DNA of 64,000 bases from a virus, in IMG/VR virus record IMGVR_UViG_3300027741_002766, positions 32,001 to 96,000 of that record, one strand, 5' to 3'. The notes beneath the pieces are model-generated. The model was not told the DNA's origin. It saw nothing but the letters and a program-made list of their open reading frames with translations, and searched no databases. Both the position numbers and the translations under genes were made by a program. Positions 29,951 through 40,122 of the stretch are shown piece by piece. Position 1 is the first letter of the stretch; each line of letters starts with the position of its first letter.

Positions 29951-30325
29951 TTATACGTAACTGGCACGTCGGGTTTCTTGATTTAAAAATATACTCAGCA
30001 ATTCTGTAGTCTGGCTTGGTACCAACTGTACCTGCAATTCTATCAACACACCGTTTTGTTGTGGATAGTAGTTGACATCACTGAGATATACTCTTGGATC
30101 GCCACCAGCAATTCTTTGTATTTCGGCCAGAATAGCAGTTTCTGTGGTGTTGTCTTGATTTTCAAAGATTGCATCTGCCAAGGTAGATCCATACGCAGGA
30201 CGGCCGGGCAAGGTTCCTTGACGAATGTTGAAAGCATTCAAGAGGTCACGCTTGATCAACTCACCGTCAGTGAGTGTGAATTTTTTGTATTGATTAATTG
30301 TGCTATAGCCTACAAATGTGGTCAT
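29951..30325 (-). CDS. gp25: Baseplate wedge subunit, gp25-like
   Basis: LIKRDLLNAFNIRQG..PGRPAYGS...DPRV; size and position next to gp6. Confidence 0.8.
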   Translation of the reverse strand: MTTFVGYSTINQYKKFTLTDGELIKRDLLNAFNIRQGTLPGRPAYGSTLADAIFENQDNTTETAILAEIQRIAGGDPRVYLSDVNYYPQQNGVLIELQVQLVPSQTTELLSIFLNQETRRASYV

Positions 30326-30330
30326 AAAGG

Positions 30331-30338
30331 TATTTATG
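30331..30338 (-). promoter_or_regulatory. Late promoter CATAAATA
   Basis: 5 nt upstream of the gp25 ATG at 30325. Confidence 0.7.
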
Positions 30339-30345
30339 TGTGCAG

Positions 30346-31902
30346 TTACCAGAAACTAGCAATGTACTCAATTGCTTCTGCGGCATACTCTTGTGCGCCA
30401 GCAATAATTTCCTCTGCACCAGTTGTCAAAGCGGATACATCAAAATTGGACAGTGCTGATGAGTCCAGTCCCAAGGCGTCAAGTCCTGTTTCCAGTAATT
30501 CTTTTCCATAGGTCTGCAGTTCTGCCAATACTTCTTTTGATCCGGGTATGTCTTTCAACAACTCTCCAACTCCTGGCAGACTTTTTGCTTGATCCAGCAA
30601 TTGTGCGGCTCCTTTTACTTCTGTCAAAAGGCCCTGCCCTGATTGTAACAAACTGATTATGGGATTGGCTCCGGGCACTTGACTCAGTGCCGCCACACCG
30701 GCTGCGGTCGAAGCCAATCTAGTGAGCAGGATTGATGCCGACTGATTTACTGTGCTCAGTTGCGTGGCCTGTGCTCGTATGTCAATACCCAGTACAGGGT
30801 TGGCAAATATATTGCGAGGTATCTTATCAGTACCTATGATGCTGTTGAAAGCAGTGTCTACCACTGAGCGATTGACTGTGTGAGAATAGCCCTTGGGGGA
30901 TTGAACTCCTGTCTGTAAAGGATTTCCGCCTCCACTGACTGATTGGTTTACTGAGCCAAAATTTTGACCAAATATTGAATTAATAGTCGATGTGGTCAAT
31001 TGACCAATATCGCTGCCGCCTAGTGTGTTGTTCAACCAACCCAGGGTAGGTCCTAGACCAAAGTTGGCAGCATTGTTCACAAGAGGCCCAACAGTTGATG
31101 CAGTGTCGGCCAATGCTGGCAGTCCCAATCTGTAACGAATAATAGGGTCAGTGGGATCGGCGTTGCCCAACGATTGCAGTTGTTCTGCTGTGAGTCCGGC
31201 ATATGGATCTGCCAAACTGCTTGTGGTATCATTAACCACTCCCAACTCTGACAAGTTGCTGTAACTGCTGGCCAAACAACTTTGTTGGGCCACGCTCTGT
31301 AATGTGGGGTTGGTCAGCACAGCGTCCAAACTGTCAGCACCACCTAGACCAGTCCACACTGTGGGACTGCTGAGAGTACTGACCAGGTTGGCAGGATCTT
31401 GGTTGACCAACTCTGCTGTGCCAGGTTTGATTAAACCAGCCTGTTGCAGTTGATCGGCTGAAAGCCCAAATGTACCAAGACCTTTTTCGTTAGTGACTTC
31501 AGCGGCTGTTTGATTTGTGGCCGCAGCCGTGGAAGACATAAGCCCTTGAACCTGTGTGGTTGTGAGTGGGCCCACAGGGCTGCCAGCCAACACTGTGGTA
31601 TTGACAAATGTAGATATCGAGGTTGGGTTAGGTGCTGGGAGATTGGGTATCTTGGTCAAGATTCCAGCAATAGTTGCTAGGTTGCCAGTGCTCACAGCCG
31701 ATGTGACCTGACTCAAGGCCGTCACAAGGCCTCCTTTGGCCTGTACTAGGCTGTTCAATACATCACCGGCTCGCAGTCCTGATAGGCTGCCGGTAGCATA
31801 CTGTTGATTGAATATGGCCTGTGCTTGGTCGTAGGTAGATCCTGCTGGTCCAGTCATTTCTACTGTTTGACCTGTAGGGGTGACAAATTTAAATACGTTC
31901 AT
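30346..31902 (-). CDS. Baseplate-associated hypothetical protein
   Basis: Start at 31902 overlaps the gp5 stop (ATGA). GLGTFGLSADQLQQAGLIKPG segment; carries one DPY..DPTDP..RLG module. Confidence 0.65.
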   Translation of the reverse strand: MNVFKFVTPTGQTVEMTGPAGSTYDQAQAIFNQQYATGSLSGLRAGDVLNSLVQAKGGLVTALSQVTSAVSTGNLATIAGILTKIPNLPAPNPTSISTFVNTTVLAGSPVGPLTTTQVQGLMSSTAAATNQTAAEVTNEKGLGTFGLSADQLQQAGLIKPGTAELVNQDPANLVSTLSSPTVWTGLGGADSLDAVLTNPTLQSVAQQSCLASSYSNLSELGVVNDTTSSLADPYAGLTAEQLQSLGNADPTDPIIRYRLGLPALADTASTVGPLVNNAANFGLGPTLGWLNNTLGGSDIGQLTTSTINSIFGQNFGSVNQSVSGGGNPLQTGVQSPKGYSHTVNRSVVDTAFNSIIGTDKIPRNIFANPVLGIDIRAQATQLSTVNQSASILLTRLASTAAGVAALSQVPGANPIISLLQSGQGLLTEVKGAAQLLDQAKSLPGVGELLKDIPGSKEVLAELQTYGKELLETGLDALGLDSSALSNFDVSALTTGAEEIIAGAQEYAAEAIEYIASFW

Positions 31903-33404
31903 TTGACTTGTAGATTCCATCCTGCTGGCACAGGTACAGCCGTGGGCGGTGGTGTGGGTTGGCCATTCACAAAATCCACCACCACACTCACACCTTGGTT
32001 GTGATATTTATAGGGTTCATGTGTGGGTGCTCGTGTGACAATACTTTCTAGTGCACCGGCCTTGACCTGCCAACCCTTGCTGTTGTTGAACACAGTGTCG
32101 TCCAAGGTGCGTTTGGGATACAGTTTGGGTGGTGTCACTGTCTTGGCTGATCCGCCATTGAGATCAATTCTGCCTGCTTTGAGACTCAGTTTTGTTCCAC
32201 CTTTCCACGAACTTGTTTCGCCCTGTAGGCTCAAACTTCCGTCACTGCGAATACCAATCTTGGCTGTGCTGTACAAGGTCATGCCTGTTTCGGCTGCTAG
32301 ATTCATGGTAGTCACTGCACCAATGTTGGTGGCTGCACCACTCTTCATGCTGATGTTGCCACCAGCATACATGTTGATGTCTTTGTCAGCATGCAGATTG
32401 ATAGTGCCTTCTGTACGCACGTTCACACTGTTGGTACTATACACATCCACTGTGCCTTCCACTCCCAGTTCAATCCAGGTTTGCCCATTGGCATGTGCTA
32501 TATAGATAAAATCGCCCGAATCGTTCATCATAACCTGATGGCCCTTGGCCGATCTCATGCGGAACAAGGCATTGTTGCCGTCAAGGTCTCCATCATCCAT
32601 CACAAGAGTGTGCCCGCCATAGCGACCAATTATCTTGACATCTTGTGGATTTACTGTGGTAGTGCTCAATTGCTTTCTTATGGCAGCAGGATCCTGCCCG
32701 CCAGCATACACAGGCTTGCCTGGTGTTGATATACCATACACTGTGCTGGGGCTTTCTCTTTGTGCAGTGGAACCAATGGGTCCGCGTTCGGTGTCGTTGC
32801 TGAGCCCTTGTTGAAAGTATATGGCCGCCTGTACCGAGTGTACTGGCTTGGGTTGATCAAAGAATCTAGGATTCTGTTCAGTTTGCTTATTTTCTGTGTT
32901 GATCTCAGTGACTGGCAGTTGCGCCGAATTGGCAAAGTACGCGGCCTGTGCCTTGTTGTCTGTTACGTATTGACCTTTGACGGATGCTCCTATGGCTGGC
33001 AACATGTGATTGAGACCTGGTTCAGGTATACAACCCACATAGTATCCCAAGTTAGGGTCGCCATTCACAAAGAAACACAGTACTCGAGTACCAATATCCG
33101 GAGGCGTAAACCACATGCCATAACTTTGCTGATTTCCAGGATAGGTGCCTGCACCTGTGCTGGTACTGTCCTTGGGTGTGAGTCCATAGAATGGCGGCAG
33201 GTAGTTGACTGTTCGCCAGGTGCTGGGATTGTCTTCGCCGCCTTGGTTGAACTGTTCAATAAAAACTTTGAGTTGGCCGCCACGAGCATCGTCCACATTG
33301 TTCTTGACCGTGCCCACAAATGGGCCTACGTCAGCAATTTGTCCCCCGCGGTCAAATTTGAAATTTTCTGATCTGCCTGAACTTCGTTCTAGATTTTCTG
33401 CCAT
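31899..33404 (-). CDS. gp5: Baseplate hub/central spike, gp5/VgrG-like (no lysozyme domain seen)
   Basis: OB-fold region GTVKNNVD..R.GQLKV...SYGMWFTPPD.GT.VLC.F, beta-helix INLHADKDINMYAG, RAPTHEP. Confidence 0.8.
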   Translation of the reverse strand: MAENLERSSGRSENFKFDRGGQIADVGPFVGTVKNNVDDARGGQLKVFIEQFNQGGEDNPSTWRTVNYLPPFYGLTPKDSTSTGAGTYPGNQQSYGMWFTPPDIGTRVLCFFVNGDPNLGYYVGCIPEPGLNHMLPAIGASVKGQYVTDNKAQAAYFANSAQLPVTEINTENKQTEQNPRFFDQPKPVHSVQAAIYFQQGLSNDTERGPIGSTAQRESPSTVYGISTPGKPVYAGGQDPAAIRKQLSTTTVNPQDVKIIGRYGGHTLVMDDGDLDGNNALFRMRSAKGHQVMMNDSGDFIYIAHANGQTWIELGVEGTVDVYSTNSVNVRTEGTINLHADKDINMYAGGNISMKSGAATNIGAVTTMNLAAETGMTLYSTAKIGIRSDGSLSLQGETSSWKGGTKLSLKAGRIDLNGGSAKTVTPPKLYPKRTLDDTVFNNSKGWQVKAGALESIVTRAPTHEPYKYHNQGVSVVVDFVNGQPTPPPTAVPVPAGWNLQVK

Positions 33405-33413
33405 TGCTGTTCC

Positions 33414-35042
33414 TTATCCTGGTCCGCCATCTTTGGCTATGGTTTGTGGTGCTGTGGGTGTACCCGATTTTGAGGTGCTGTTTGCAATATTTGTCAGGTA
33501 TGCACGACCTCCTAGGGCCTGTATGTCTCGTTCACTACCATTGGCCAATACGGCCTGTGCTTCAGCCACGCCTATTCTACCTGACGCCACTTCGTTGTTG
33601 GCTGGGCCAACAGTTTGTGTGGTGAGTGCAGTAATGCCATCTCGACGGGTGTTTTCCCATGCATTCTTACCTGTATTAGAACCACTGCCAGGATCAAATG
33701 GCGGAAGTCTTGATTGATTGTCTGTTGGTGTTTTTACAGGACGACCAGCATCTATGGCCGCAGTATCGCTATTGTATTGTGCCCACTGGCCTTCAATTTC
33801 CTGGGTAAATTTTCCACCCCGGAACATGTGTGTGATCTTGGTGGCCACATAGGTGGTGGCTTCTCTTGATAGACCGGCGATGCCTTTGGATCTGTCGGCA
33901 AAATAATTTTGGGTGCCTGGATCTAGTAGTCCTGTTTGCAAGTCATAGTCTGTGGGTCGATTCCAGGCCACGCTGAAATATGCACCGCTGGCTTGAGTGT
34001 TTATGGTACCATCTGGAAAAAAGGCCGAAGTTGTAAACGACTGCTCCACAGTGTCCATAAGTGGACTGGGCATCCAGGCAGGATCACCTACCACGGTGAG
34101 TTTGACTGATGCAAGATCTGAACTGTAGAGAAAATCTGCGGCATTGGCTCCTGACTCGTACACTCGCTGTTCTGCGCCTTGACTGCTTTGCCCACTCACT
34201 GCAAAGGTTTGAATTTTCCATTGCTCTCTGGTGTTTACTTTTCTTGCGTTATCTTGTTGTGTAGGAACATCTGCGGTTTTGGCCTGTGTCCATTGATGAT
34301 TAAAACTTTGTTCAAATTGTAAAACCTGAGTATTCTGCCCTGTAAACCAATAGTTGTAATTTTTATGTACTCCTCTGAATTTTCCTGCCGGAAAAAACAC
34401 ACTCAGCATGGGAGTTTCATAAGGTACAACAACAAAAGTCATGCGATAGGCATGATCCTGGCGTTTGCGATCGTATCCCAAGGCCTGAACTTGTACAACA
34501 ATATTGTACCAGGCAAATTGTTGTGCAGGTTTTCCGTTTGATTCCCACTGTTGCGTTTGAGTATTCCAGACCACATTGGCCTGACCAATGATATAGTTAC
34601 TGCTACGGATCACTTGATCAATAAACTGCACAATTTGTTGTCCGGCTCTGGCTGCACGAGTTCTAACTGTGGGATCAATGCTTTGTTTGTTTGGTAACAA
34701 CTGTTGCGCGGCTGTGAGGTTGCTGGAGCCTCCGGCCAGGGTTTTGTCAAAGTCTCCTGCGGGTACCATGCCGGCAGTGGCAATGATGTCATCCACAAAT
34801 TTTATTTCATAAATGTCGGCAATTTCTATTAGAGGATTGGGTTTGCCGTTGGCATCTCTGTTGTTGAGCAATCTCAACTGTTCAGCATTCAATGCTGTTA
34901 TCAGGCCTGTGCCTATTGTGTTGACTGATGGCTTGGGAGCATTGTTGGCCTTGGTAGGCGCTTTTGTAGTAGTAGGCGGCCCTTGGGGCTTCATGCCTTC
35001 TCTGTACTGGGCTATCAATCGCGCTCTGTTGTCGTCGGCCAT
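33414..35042 (-). CDS. Baseplate hub-like protein (C-terminal gp27-like portion)
   Basis: YNYWFTGQN, KLTVVGDP, KITHMFRGGKFTQEIEG; lies just upstream of gp5. Confidence 0.5.
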   Translation of the reverse strand: MADDNRARLIAQYREGMKPQGPPTTTKAPTKANNAPKPSVNTIGTGLITALNAEQLRLLNNRDANGKPNPLIEIADIYEIKFVDDIIATAGMVPAGDFDKTLAGGSSNLTAAQQLLPNKQSIDPTVRTRAARAGQQIVQFIDQVIRSSNYIIGQANVVWNTQTQQWESNGKPAQQFAWYNIVVQVQALGYDRKRQDHAYRMTFVVVPYETPMLSVFFPAGKFRGVHKNYNYWFTGQNTQVLQFEQSFNHQWTQAKTADVPTQQDNARKVNTREQWKIQTFAVSGQSSQGAEQRVYESGANAADFLYSSDLASVKLTVVGDPAWMPSPLMDTVEQSFTTSAFFPDGTINTQASGAYFSVAWNRPTDYDLQTGLLDPGTQNYFADRSKGIAGLSREATTYVATKITHMFRGGKFTQEIEGQWAQYNSDTAAIDAGRPVKTPTDNQSRLPPFDPGSGSNTGKNAWENTRRDGITALTTQTVGPANNEVASGRIGVAEAQAVLANGSERDIQALGGRAYLTNIANSTSKSGTPTAPQTIAKDGGPG

Positions 35043-36535
35043 TATAGTCCTCCTCCGCCAAAGGCCATGCCACTATCATTTACTGTGTTGGGGTCTGTTC
35101 CGGCGGCAATAGCAGCCTGCTCGCGCATGGACAAATCGCCCACCTTGACCGGAGGAGCCGATTTGATTGGCGTGTCATTTCTAGTTTTGTCACCTGCTGC
35201 CTGTGATGCGGTTTGTTGTTGTATTTGTCCTACTAGGATATCACGCACAGTGGCTCCTGAAAACTGATAGTCAGCAGGTATACTGCCGCGATTGGTTGAT
35301 TGTCCTGTGTTAGTACTAGGATGCGAACCTGTGATTCTGTACTCAACCAGTTTGGATCCCACTGAGTATTTCAAATCAGTCATGGCAAAAAATATGTATT
35401 TTTCCACAGCGGCTCTGCTGTCTGTAGCACCAATGTTTCTAGCAATGGGTTGAATCAATTGACCTTTTTCATCGTATCCGTAAAAACGCACAATCATACA
35501 GAACAAGCCTGATGCGTAGTTGGCTTGATCAGCAGGAGGTATAAATCCTTTGCTTTTGTAAAGATCATTCATGGCTGCATACAAATTCGAAGGTAGACTG
35601 ATGCCATTGGGTTCGCTGATGGTAAATTCCAAAGTTGTGTATTCTGCTGGGCCGCCAGAATCAAGTTTTGCACTATAGGCTGTGTTGACAGAAAAATTGT
35701 CAATATAGTAATCCAAATTGAAATACGGACTGCGGCCAGCAGTTCCTGCTAGTGGTCCCGACTCGCCTGGGTTGTACACACCAGTTGTCAAGGGTGCGCC
35801 TCCTGATTGCGCCAGTAGATAATAGCCGTTGAGATCTTTTTTGATACTGGTTTGAATTTGATTGTAGGCTTCAGGATCCATGAGATACCAACTGAGTGAG
35901 TAGGTATAACTAGGGTACTGGTCTAGAATGTTATCTTGTGACAGAATTGCATTGGTTGGTCCTGCGTATAGTTGATCTAGTCTGTTTCTCAATGCATTTG
36001 TGCCCATGGGACCGCCACCTGATCCGCGTTGATCATCTCCGGGCGCCGCGCCGCCAGGACCGCCAGCAGGTGCTGTTATACCAATCACATTGGTTGTAAA
36101 AGGATTGGTCTGAGGCACTGCCTGCGTCTGTGAAATCGTTCTAACAGCGGCATCGGTGCCTACAGTAGGTGTATTTTCTGTGGTGGGTGTTGGATTGGCA
36201 TTGGTACCTGAGCCCGAGCCTTCGGGCACAATTCTGCCAGCAGGGGTGAGTACTTCAACAGCCGCAGGTGGTCGCGTGGAGTTGGCGTTGTTGTCTCTGG
36301 CCTGGTTGGCATTGCCTACTACTGCGCCAGCACTGGCCGGGGCAAGCACAGATTTTAATTCTGCTTCCAGTGCCAGGATCTGTCCCGGAATGTTTGCAAC
36401 CTCGTCTCTGTATCTGGCCAAGATGGCCTGGTTACTTTGTAAATTTGGATTGAGATCTTTTAGGCCATTGCGAGCAATTCGCAATCTATCTCTTAACCGA
36501 GCAATTTCGTCGGTGATTTCTTGTGCTGTGGCCAT
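35042..36535 (-). CDS. Baseplate hub-associated protein (N-terminal hub-like portion)
   Basis: NILDQYPSYTY, FTISEPNG, RFYGYD; TAATG overlap with 33414..35042. Confidence 0.5.
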   Translation of the reverse strand: MATAQEITDEIARLRDRLRIARNGLKDLNPNLQSNQAILARYRDEVANIPGQILALEAELKSVLAPASAGAVVGNANQARDNNANSTRPPAAVEVLTPAGRIVPEGSGSGTNANPTPTTENTPTVGTDAAVRTISQTQAVPQTNPFTTNVIGITAPAGGPGGAAPGDDQRGSGGGPMGTNALRNRLDQLYAGPTNAILSQDNILDQYPSYTYSLSWYLMDPEAYNQIQTSIKKDLNGYYLLAQSGGAPLTTGVYNPGESGPLAGTAGRSPYFNLDYYIDNFSVNTAYSAKLDSGGPAEYTTLEFTISEPNGISLPSNLYAAMNDLYKSKGFIPPADQANYASGLFCMIVRFYGYDEKGQLIQPIARNIGATDSRAAVEKYIFFAMTDLKYSVGSKLVEYRITGSHPSTNTGQSTNRGSIPADYQFSGATVRDILVGQIQQQTASQAAGDKTRNDTPIKSAPPVKVGDLSMREQAAIAAGTDPNTVNDSGMAFGGGGL

Positions 36536-36537
36536 AT

Positions 36538-36837
36538 TTAAAATCCTAGTACATTACGTAGCGTAGAGATCTTGGGCAAGTAAATTTGTACGCCTGCACG
36601 GAAATCCAAAGGCGGTTTGGTCAAGGTATTGGGATTGCGTTGGTAAAACACCCACCACAATGTGGGTGTGTCATAGAGATCATAGGCCAGGAGATCAGGT
36701 CTGTACTGATAGGTTTGATTTATTATCAAAATTCTATCGTCACCTTGCTTGGGTATGCTACGGTTCTGCCAAGTATCCAAAAAGAACTGGCTGTAGCCTG
36801 TGTTGTAGTAGGCAGTGGTTGAATCGTAATCGGCCAT
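36538..36837 (-). CDS. gp53: Baseplate wedge protein, gp53-like (LysM-like)
   Basis: YRPDLLAYDLY....LWWVF..RN motif. Confidence 0.8.
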   Translation of the reverse strand: MADYDSTTAYYNTGYSQFFLDTWQNRSIPKQGDDRILIINQTYQYRPDLLAYDLYDTPTLWWVFYQRNPNTLTKPPLDFRAGVQIYLPKISTLRNVLGF

Positions 36838-39101
36838 TACCAGAATCCTCCTTTGAGTAGATCGCCACGAGCATACTGCTGTAGGCTGAATACCCGGCTG
36901 ACCTGCTGACGACTTTGCACAGGCAGTAGTGAAATGACCATTTGCATGCGAGTGGGCACGTAAGTAGGTTGATTTTGTCCCAGAGTAGGCGGTGGTGGTC
37001 TGCAGGTCTCGGCGCCCTTGCTGATGCCTTGACTGTTGAACAGATTCTGCAGTCGACCCACAGCGCCCGATATGGGATCAGTGGCAGTGGTCTGTCGGTC
37101 TCTACGTGTGAGCATGTTGGATCCATTGATGTTGGTTGATCTGGTGCGAATATAGTCCACGTCGGCTGGCAAACTGTAATTGAAACTGGAGACCAAACAT
37201 GGGTGTGCCGCAAATTGGTACTCGCCTAGTCCGGTAAGGTATACCAAAGGAGGTGGTGCTCCACGTTGAGCATCTTGACCGTAGAACATCTTGGTAACCG
37301 AACGGAAAAAATGTATCACTGCCAGCAGGTAGTTGGCCTCTGCGGTGTCTTGCGCAGTAAACACCGCAGTCATATTTACTGCATCTGTATAACTGCTCTT
37401 GTAAAAGTATCCCTTGTAGTTGCTGTGTGTGAGTGCATATGAATCATAGTCAGCCTTGTAACTGGTTTCAATTTGCGGCATGTAAGGAAATATCACTCCA
37501 CTGGTCAAGGCCAAAGGATTCAAAATTCCATTGCCTGGATCGTTGTAAAGATAGTTGGCTCCTGGGGCCAGGCTCAGGCGCACACGCCAGTCGCCGTTGT
37601 TGACTGCTCGCTTTTGTGCGGCATACACTGCCTGTTGTTGTGCCAGTGCGCGGCCCACTTGAGTTTGAATTGCTGATGCTTCTGCGGCTGTGACATTGGC
37701 AGTGGTTGCGCCAACCACAGTTGTTACCACATTGGCCAGGCTGGCTGTGTTAGCATCAACTGCTGTGGCCGATTTGGTTAAAAAATTCCCAAGATCGGCC
37801 TGCTGGGTTGTCAATGGCGAATCCGGCAGTTGTGGGATACCCAGTCTTGCACGAATATAAGGGTCTGTGGGATCTGCATTGCCCAATGCTTGTCTCTGCT
37901 CAGGTGTTAGTCCTGCATAAGGATCAGATACTGGAGCCGGAGAATTTGATTCCCCAGTAGAGGCTCTATAACCGGCTGAGTTGGTGTCAATGGTAGCCTC
38001 GTTAAACTTGATTGTTTCTTGTGTGGTAGCAATATAGGCTTGATTTTCAGTGATGCTTTGATTCTGATCAAAAATGTTCTGTGCCTGTGCGGCATTTGCG
38101 GCTTCAAGTTCTGCACGTCTGGCAGCAGTTAAAGATTCAGAATTGGCCAATTCGGCATTGTTCTGTGCGATAATGCTTTCGCTGTCTGAAATTTTTTGTT
38201 GTGCTGACTGAATGGTCTGCGTGGCAGTGGCTATTCCTTCCTGACCTTTTGCAATTTCTGTACCAGCCTGATCGATGTTTGTTAGATAAGGATTTGGATT
38301 TTCTGAGTATGCGTTGAGTCTTGCCGCATCAATCACTGCCTGCTGATTGGCTGCGGCGATTGCGGCGCCAGCACCTGTATCAACCGCGGTTGCAGATTTG
38401 TTCACAGCATTGGTTTCTGTCAGTGCCTGCGGCGAGTTGGGATCCACAAGGCTGTTGATAAATCCTGGTGTGATATTTCTTGTGAGTTGCGCGGTTTGTG
38501 CGGCATCAAGAATAGTTAAACCAAATTCATCTTTGGTAGAGGCTGGATTAGATGTCAATGCCGATAAAGATTTTTGAACAGTGGCTGATTGAGCATAAGG
38601 ACTAGCCGCTGGTGTTCGAGAGGTCAATGCTGACAAGGATCTTTGTACAGTGCCGACCGCTGATGTTGCTACATCCTTGACAGAATTGAAAAAGTTGCTG
38701 GCACTGGGCAGGCTGTTGAGTTCTGAACCTGGCAACTGGGGAATACCCAGTCTGGCACGGATATAGGGATCAGTGGGATCTGCCGTTCCTAAGGCTTTTA
38801 ATTGCTCAGGAGTCAGTCCGTTATACGGGTCTAATGATACTGTGGTCGACGTTCCTGCCGCGCCTTCACCTGTTGGTGCACCGTAGTCACCGTAGTCTGT
38901 GGTGTTTGACACTGTGTTAGGATCGTTGGTAGTTTGATTAGGCCTAGTAGCATCGTTAAAGGCGGCATCACCTGCTAGACTTTGATTTTGTTCCCCAGTG
39001 TTGTCCAAGATTTCTTGGCCATACTCGTCACCATACTTGGTCACAGATGCGGGTACGTCACTGGGAAAATCTAGCGGTATTCCTTCAAAGTCATCAGACA
39101 T
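36837..39101 (-). CDS. Tail tube initiator/cap-like protein (gp48/gp54-like C-terminus) with long low-complexity and coiled-coil N-terminus
   Basis: DWRVRL, GVIFPYMP, LTHSNY, GAPPPLVYL.G.G, YSLPADVDYI; carries two DPY..DPTDP..RLG modules. Confidence 0.55.
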   Translation of the reverse strand: MSDDFEGIPLDFPSDVPASVTKYGDEYGQEILDNTGEQNQSLAGDAAFNDATRPNQTTNDPNTVSNTTDYGDYGAPTGEGAAGTSTTVSLDPYNGLTPEQLKALGTADPTDPYIRARLGIPQLPGSELNSLPSASNFFNSVKDVATSAVGTVQRSLSALTSRTPAASPYAQSATVQKSLSALTSNPASTKDEFGLTILDAAQTAQLTRNITPGFINSLVDPNSPQALTETNAVNKSATAVDTGAGAAIAAANQQAVIDAARLNAYSENPNPYLTNIDQAGTEIAKGQEGIATATQTIQSAQQKISDSESIIAQNNAELANSESLTAARRAELEAANAAQAQNIFDQNQSITENQAYIATTQETIKFNEATIDTNSAGYRASTGESNSPAPVSDPYAGLTPEQRQALGNADPTDPYIRARLGIPQLPDSPLTTQQADLGNFLTKSATAVDANTASLANVVTTVVGATTANVTAAEASAIQTQVGRALAQQQAVYAAQKRAVNNGDWRVRLSLAPGANYLYNDPGNGILNPLALTSGVIFPYMPQIETSYKADYDSYALTHSNYKGYFYKSSYTDAVNMTAVFTAQDTAEANYLLAVIHFFRSVTKMFYGQDAQRGAPPPLVYLTGLGEYQFAAHPCLVSSFNYSLPADVDYIRTRSTNINGSNMLTRRDRQTTATDPISGAVGRLQNLFNSQGISKGAETCRPPPPTLGQNQPTYVPTRMQMVISLLPVQSRQQVSRVFSLQQYARGDLLKGGFW

Positions 39102-39120
39102 GTTTTATTCCTTGAACATG

Positions 39121-39127
39121 TATTTAA
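39121..39127 (-). promoter_or_regulatory. Late promoter TTAAATA driving the baseplate operon
   Basis: Followed by an AAGGA SD and the ATG at 39101. Confidence 0.65.
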
Positions 39128-39158
39128 CCAAAAAATTAACTGGTCCGTTTATAAAAGG

Positions 39159-39186
39159 TTGACAACTAGTACAAATGTGTTACACT
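39159..39186 (+). promoter_or_regulatory. Sigma70-type promoter TTGACA-N16-TACACT with extended -10 TG
   Basis: Perfect -35 at 39159-39164, TG at 39178-39179, -10 at 39181-39186; upstream of gp55. Confidence 0.7.
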
Positions 39187-39216
39187 AAGTACATATCTGA
39201 AAGGAATCCCCAGTCA

Positions 39217-40110
39217 ATGACTGCAACTATCCGTGCCACACCCAAAACCAACTATCTCAACAATAGAGATATCCTCAAAGAAATACATCTCAGCAAAAAT
39301 TCTTATTGTGCCTTCCGAGATCCTGTGATCGATCATCAGTTTGACATAATCTTGCCCTCCGTCAGCAAGATCAATCAAAAGACCATAGCAGAAGCACGCC
39401 GCAATCGTGCTGACCGTCTCAAACGTGAAGGCACTATAGTAGATCCTAAAAAAATCCCCAACACAGACGTTGTGTTCCGTATCACCTGCTGGGAACATAT
39501 ACCAATGGCGCCCAAAAAGATCACCAAGGCCGAAGCCAAAAAGCGCAAGTTAGAAGACATCCTGGAACTGGATGATGTCGCAGAAGATCCTCTAGCAGAC
39601 CTTGTAGAGGAGCCAATCTTGGATCCTACCCACATGCGAGTGAACTTTCCTCCGTTCTGGCACTATCGAATTGACGAAAATAAAGTGCCTTTTGTGGTGG
39701 GTAAAAGCCATTGGCGGGGTACACTAGATGCGGGCGAGTTCTGTAAAGATCATGGCAAAATGACCCGAACTTTGGCCAACATGTTTATGAAGTTGTGCGA
39801 AAGATATGCTACAAGGAGTAACTGGCGTGGATACACATACAACGAAGAAATGCGGGGACAAGCCCTGCTACAACTGTCTCAAATCGGACTCCAGTTCGAT
39901 GAATCAAAATCGCAGAACCCTTTTGCGTATTATACTGCCGCTATCACTAATAGTTTCACTCGTATCCTAAACATTGAGAAAAAGAATCAAAACATACGTG
40001 ATGACATCCTGGAAATGAACGGACTCAATCCGTCATGGACACGCCAGAACTCGGGCAAACACAGCATGGCTGCCATGTCCGGACCGGTTGTTTCTAGTCT
40101 TGATGAGTAG
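39217..40110 (+). CDS. gp55: Late-transcription sigma factor, gp55-like
   Basis: NYLNNRDIL, RSNWRGYTYNEEM, FDESKSQNPFAYYT; SD AAGGA at 39201; cognate TAAATA promoters occur throughout the window. Confidence 0.9.
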   Translation: MTATIRATPKTNYLNNRDILKEIHLSKNSYCAFRDPVIDHQFDIILPSVSKINQKTIAEARRNRADRLKREGTIVDPKKIPNTDVVFRITCWEHIPMAPKKITKAEAKKRKLEDILELDDVAEDPLADLVEEPILDPTHMRVNFPPFWHYRIDENKVPFVVGKSHWRGTLDAGEFCKDHGKMTRTLANMFMKLCERYATRSNWRGYTYNEEMRGQALLQLSQIGLQFDESKSQNPFAYYTAAITNSFTRILNIEKKNQNIRDDILEMNGLNPSWTRQNSGKHSMAAMSGPVVSSLDE

Positions 40111-40116
40111 TATAAT
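40088..40116 (+). promoter_or_regulatory. Sigma70-type promoter TTGTTT-N17-TATAAT
   Basis: -10 at 40111-40116, 6 nt upstream of the ATG at 40123. Confidence 0.65.
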
Positions 40117-40122
40117 AGGTTG

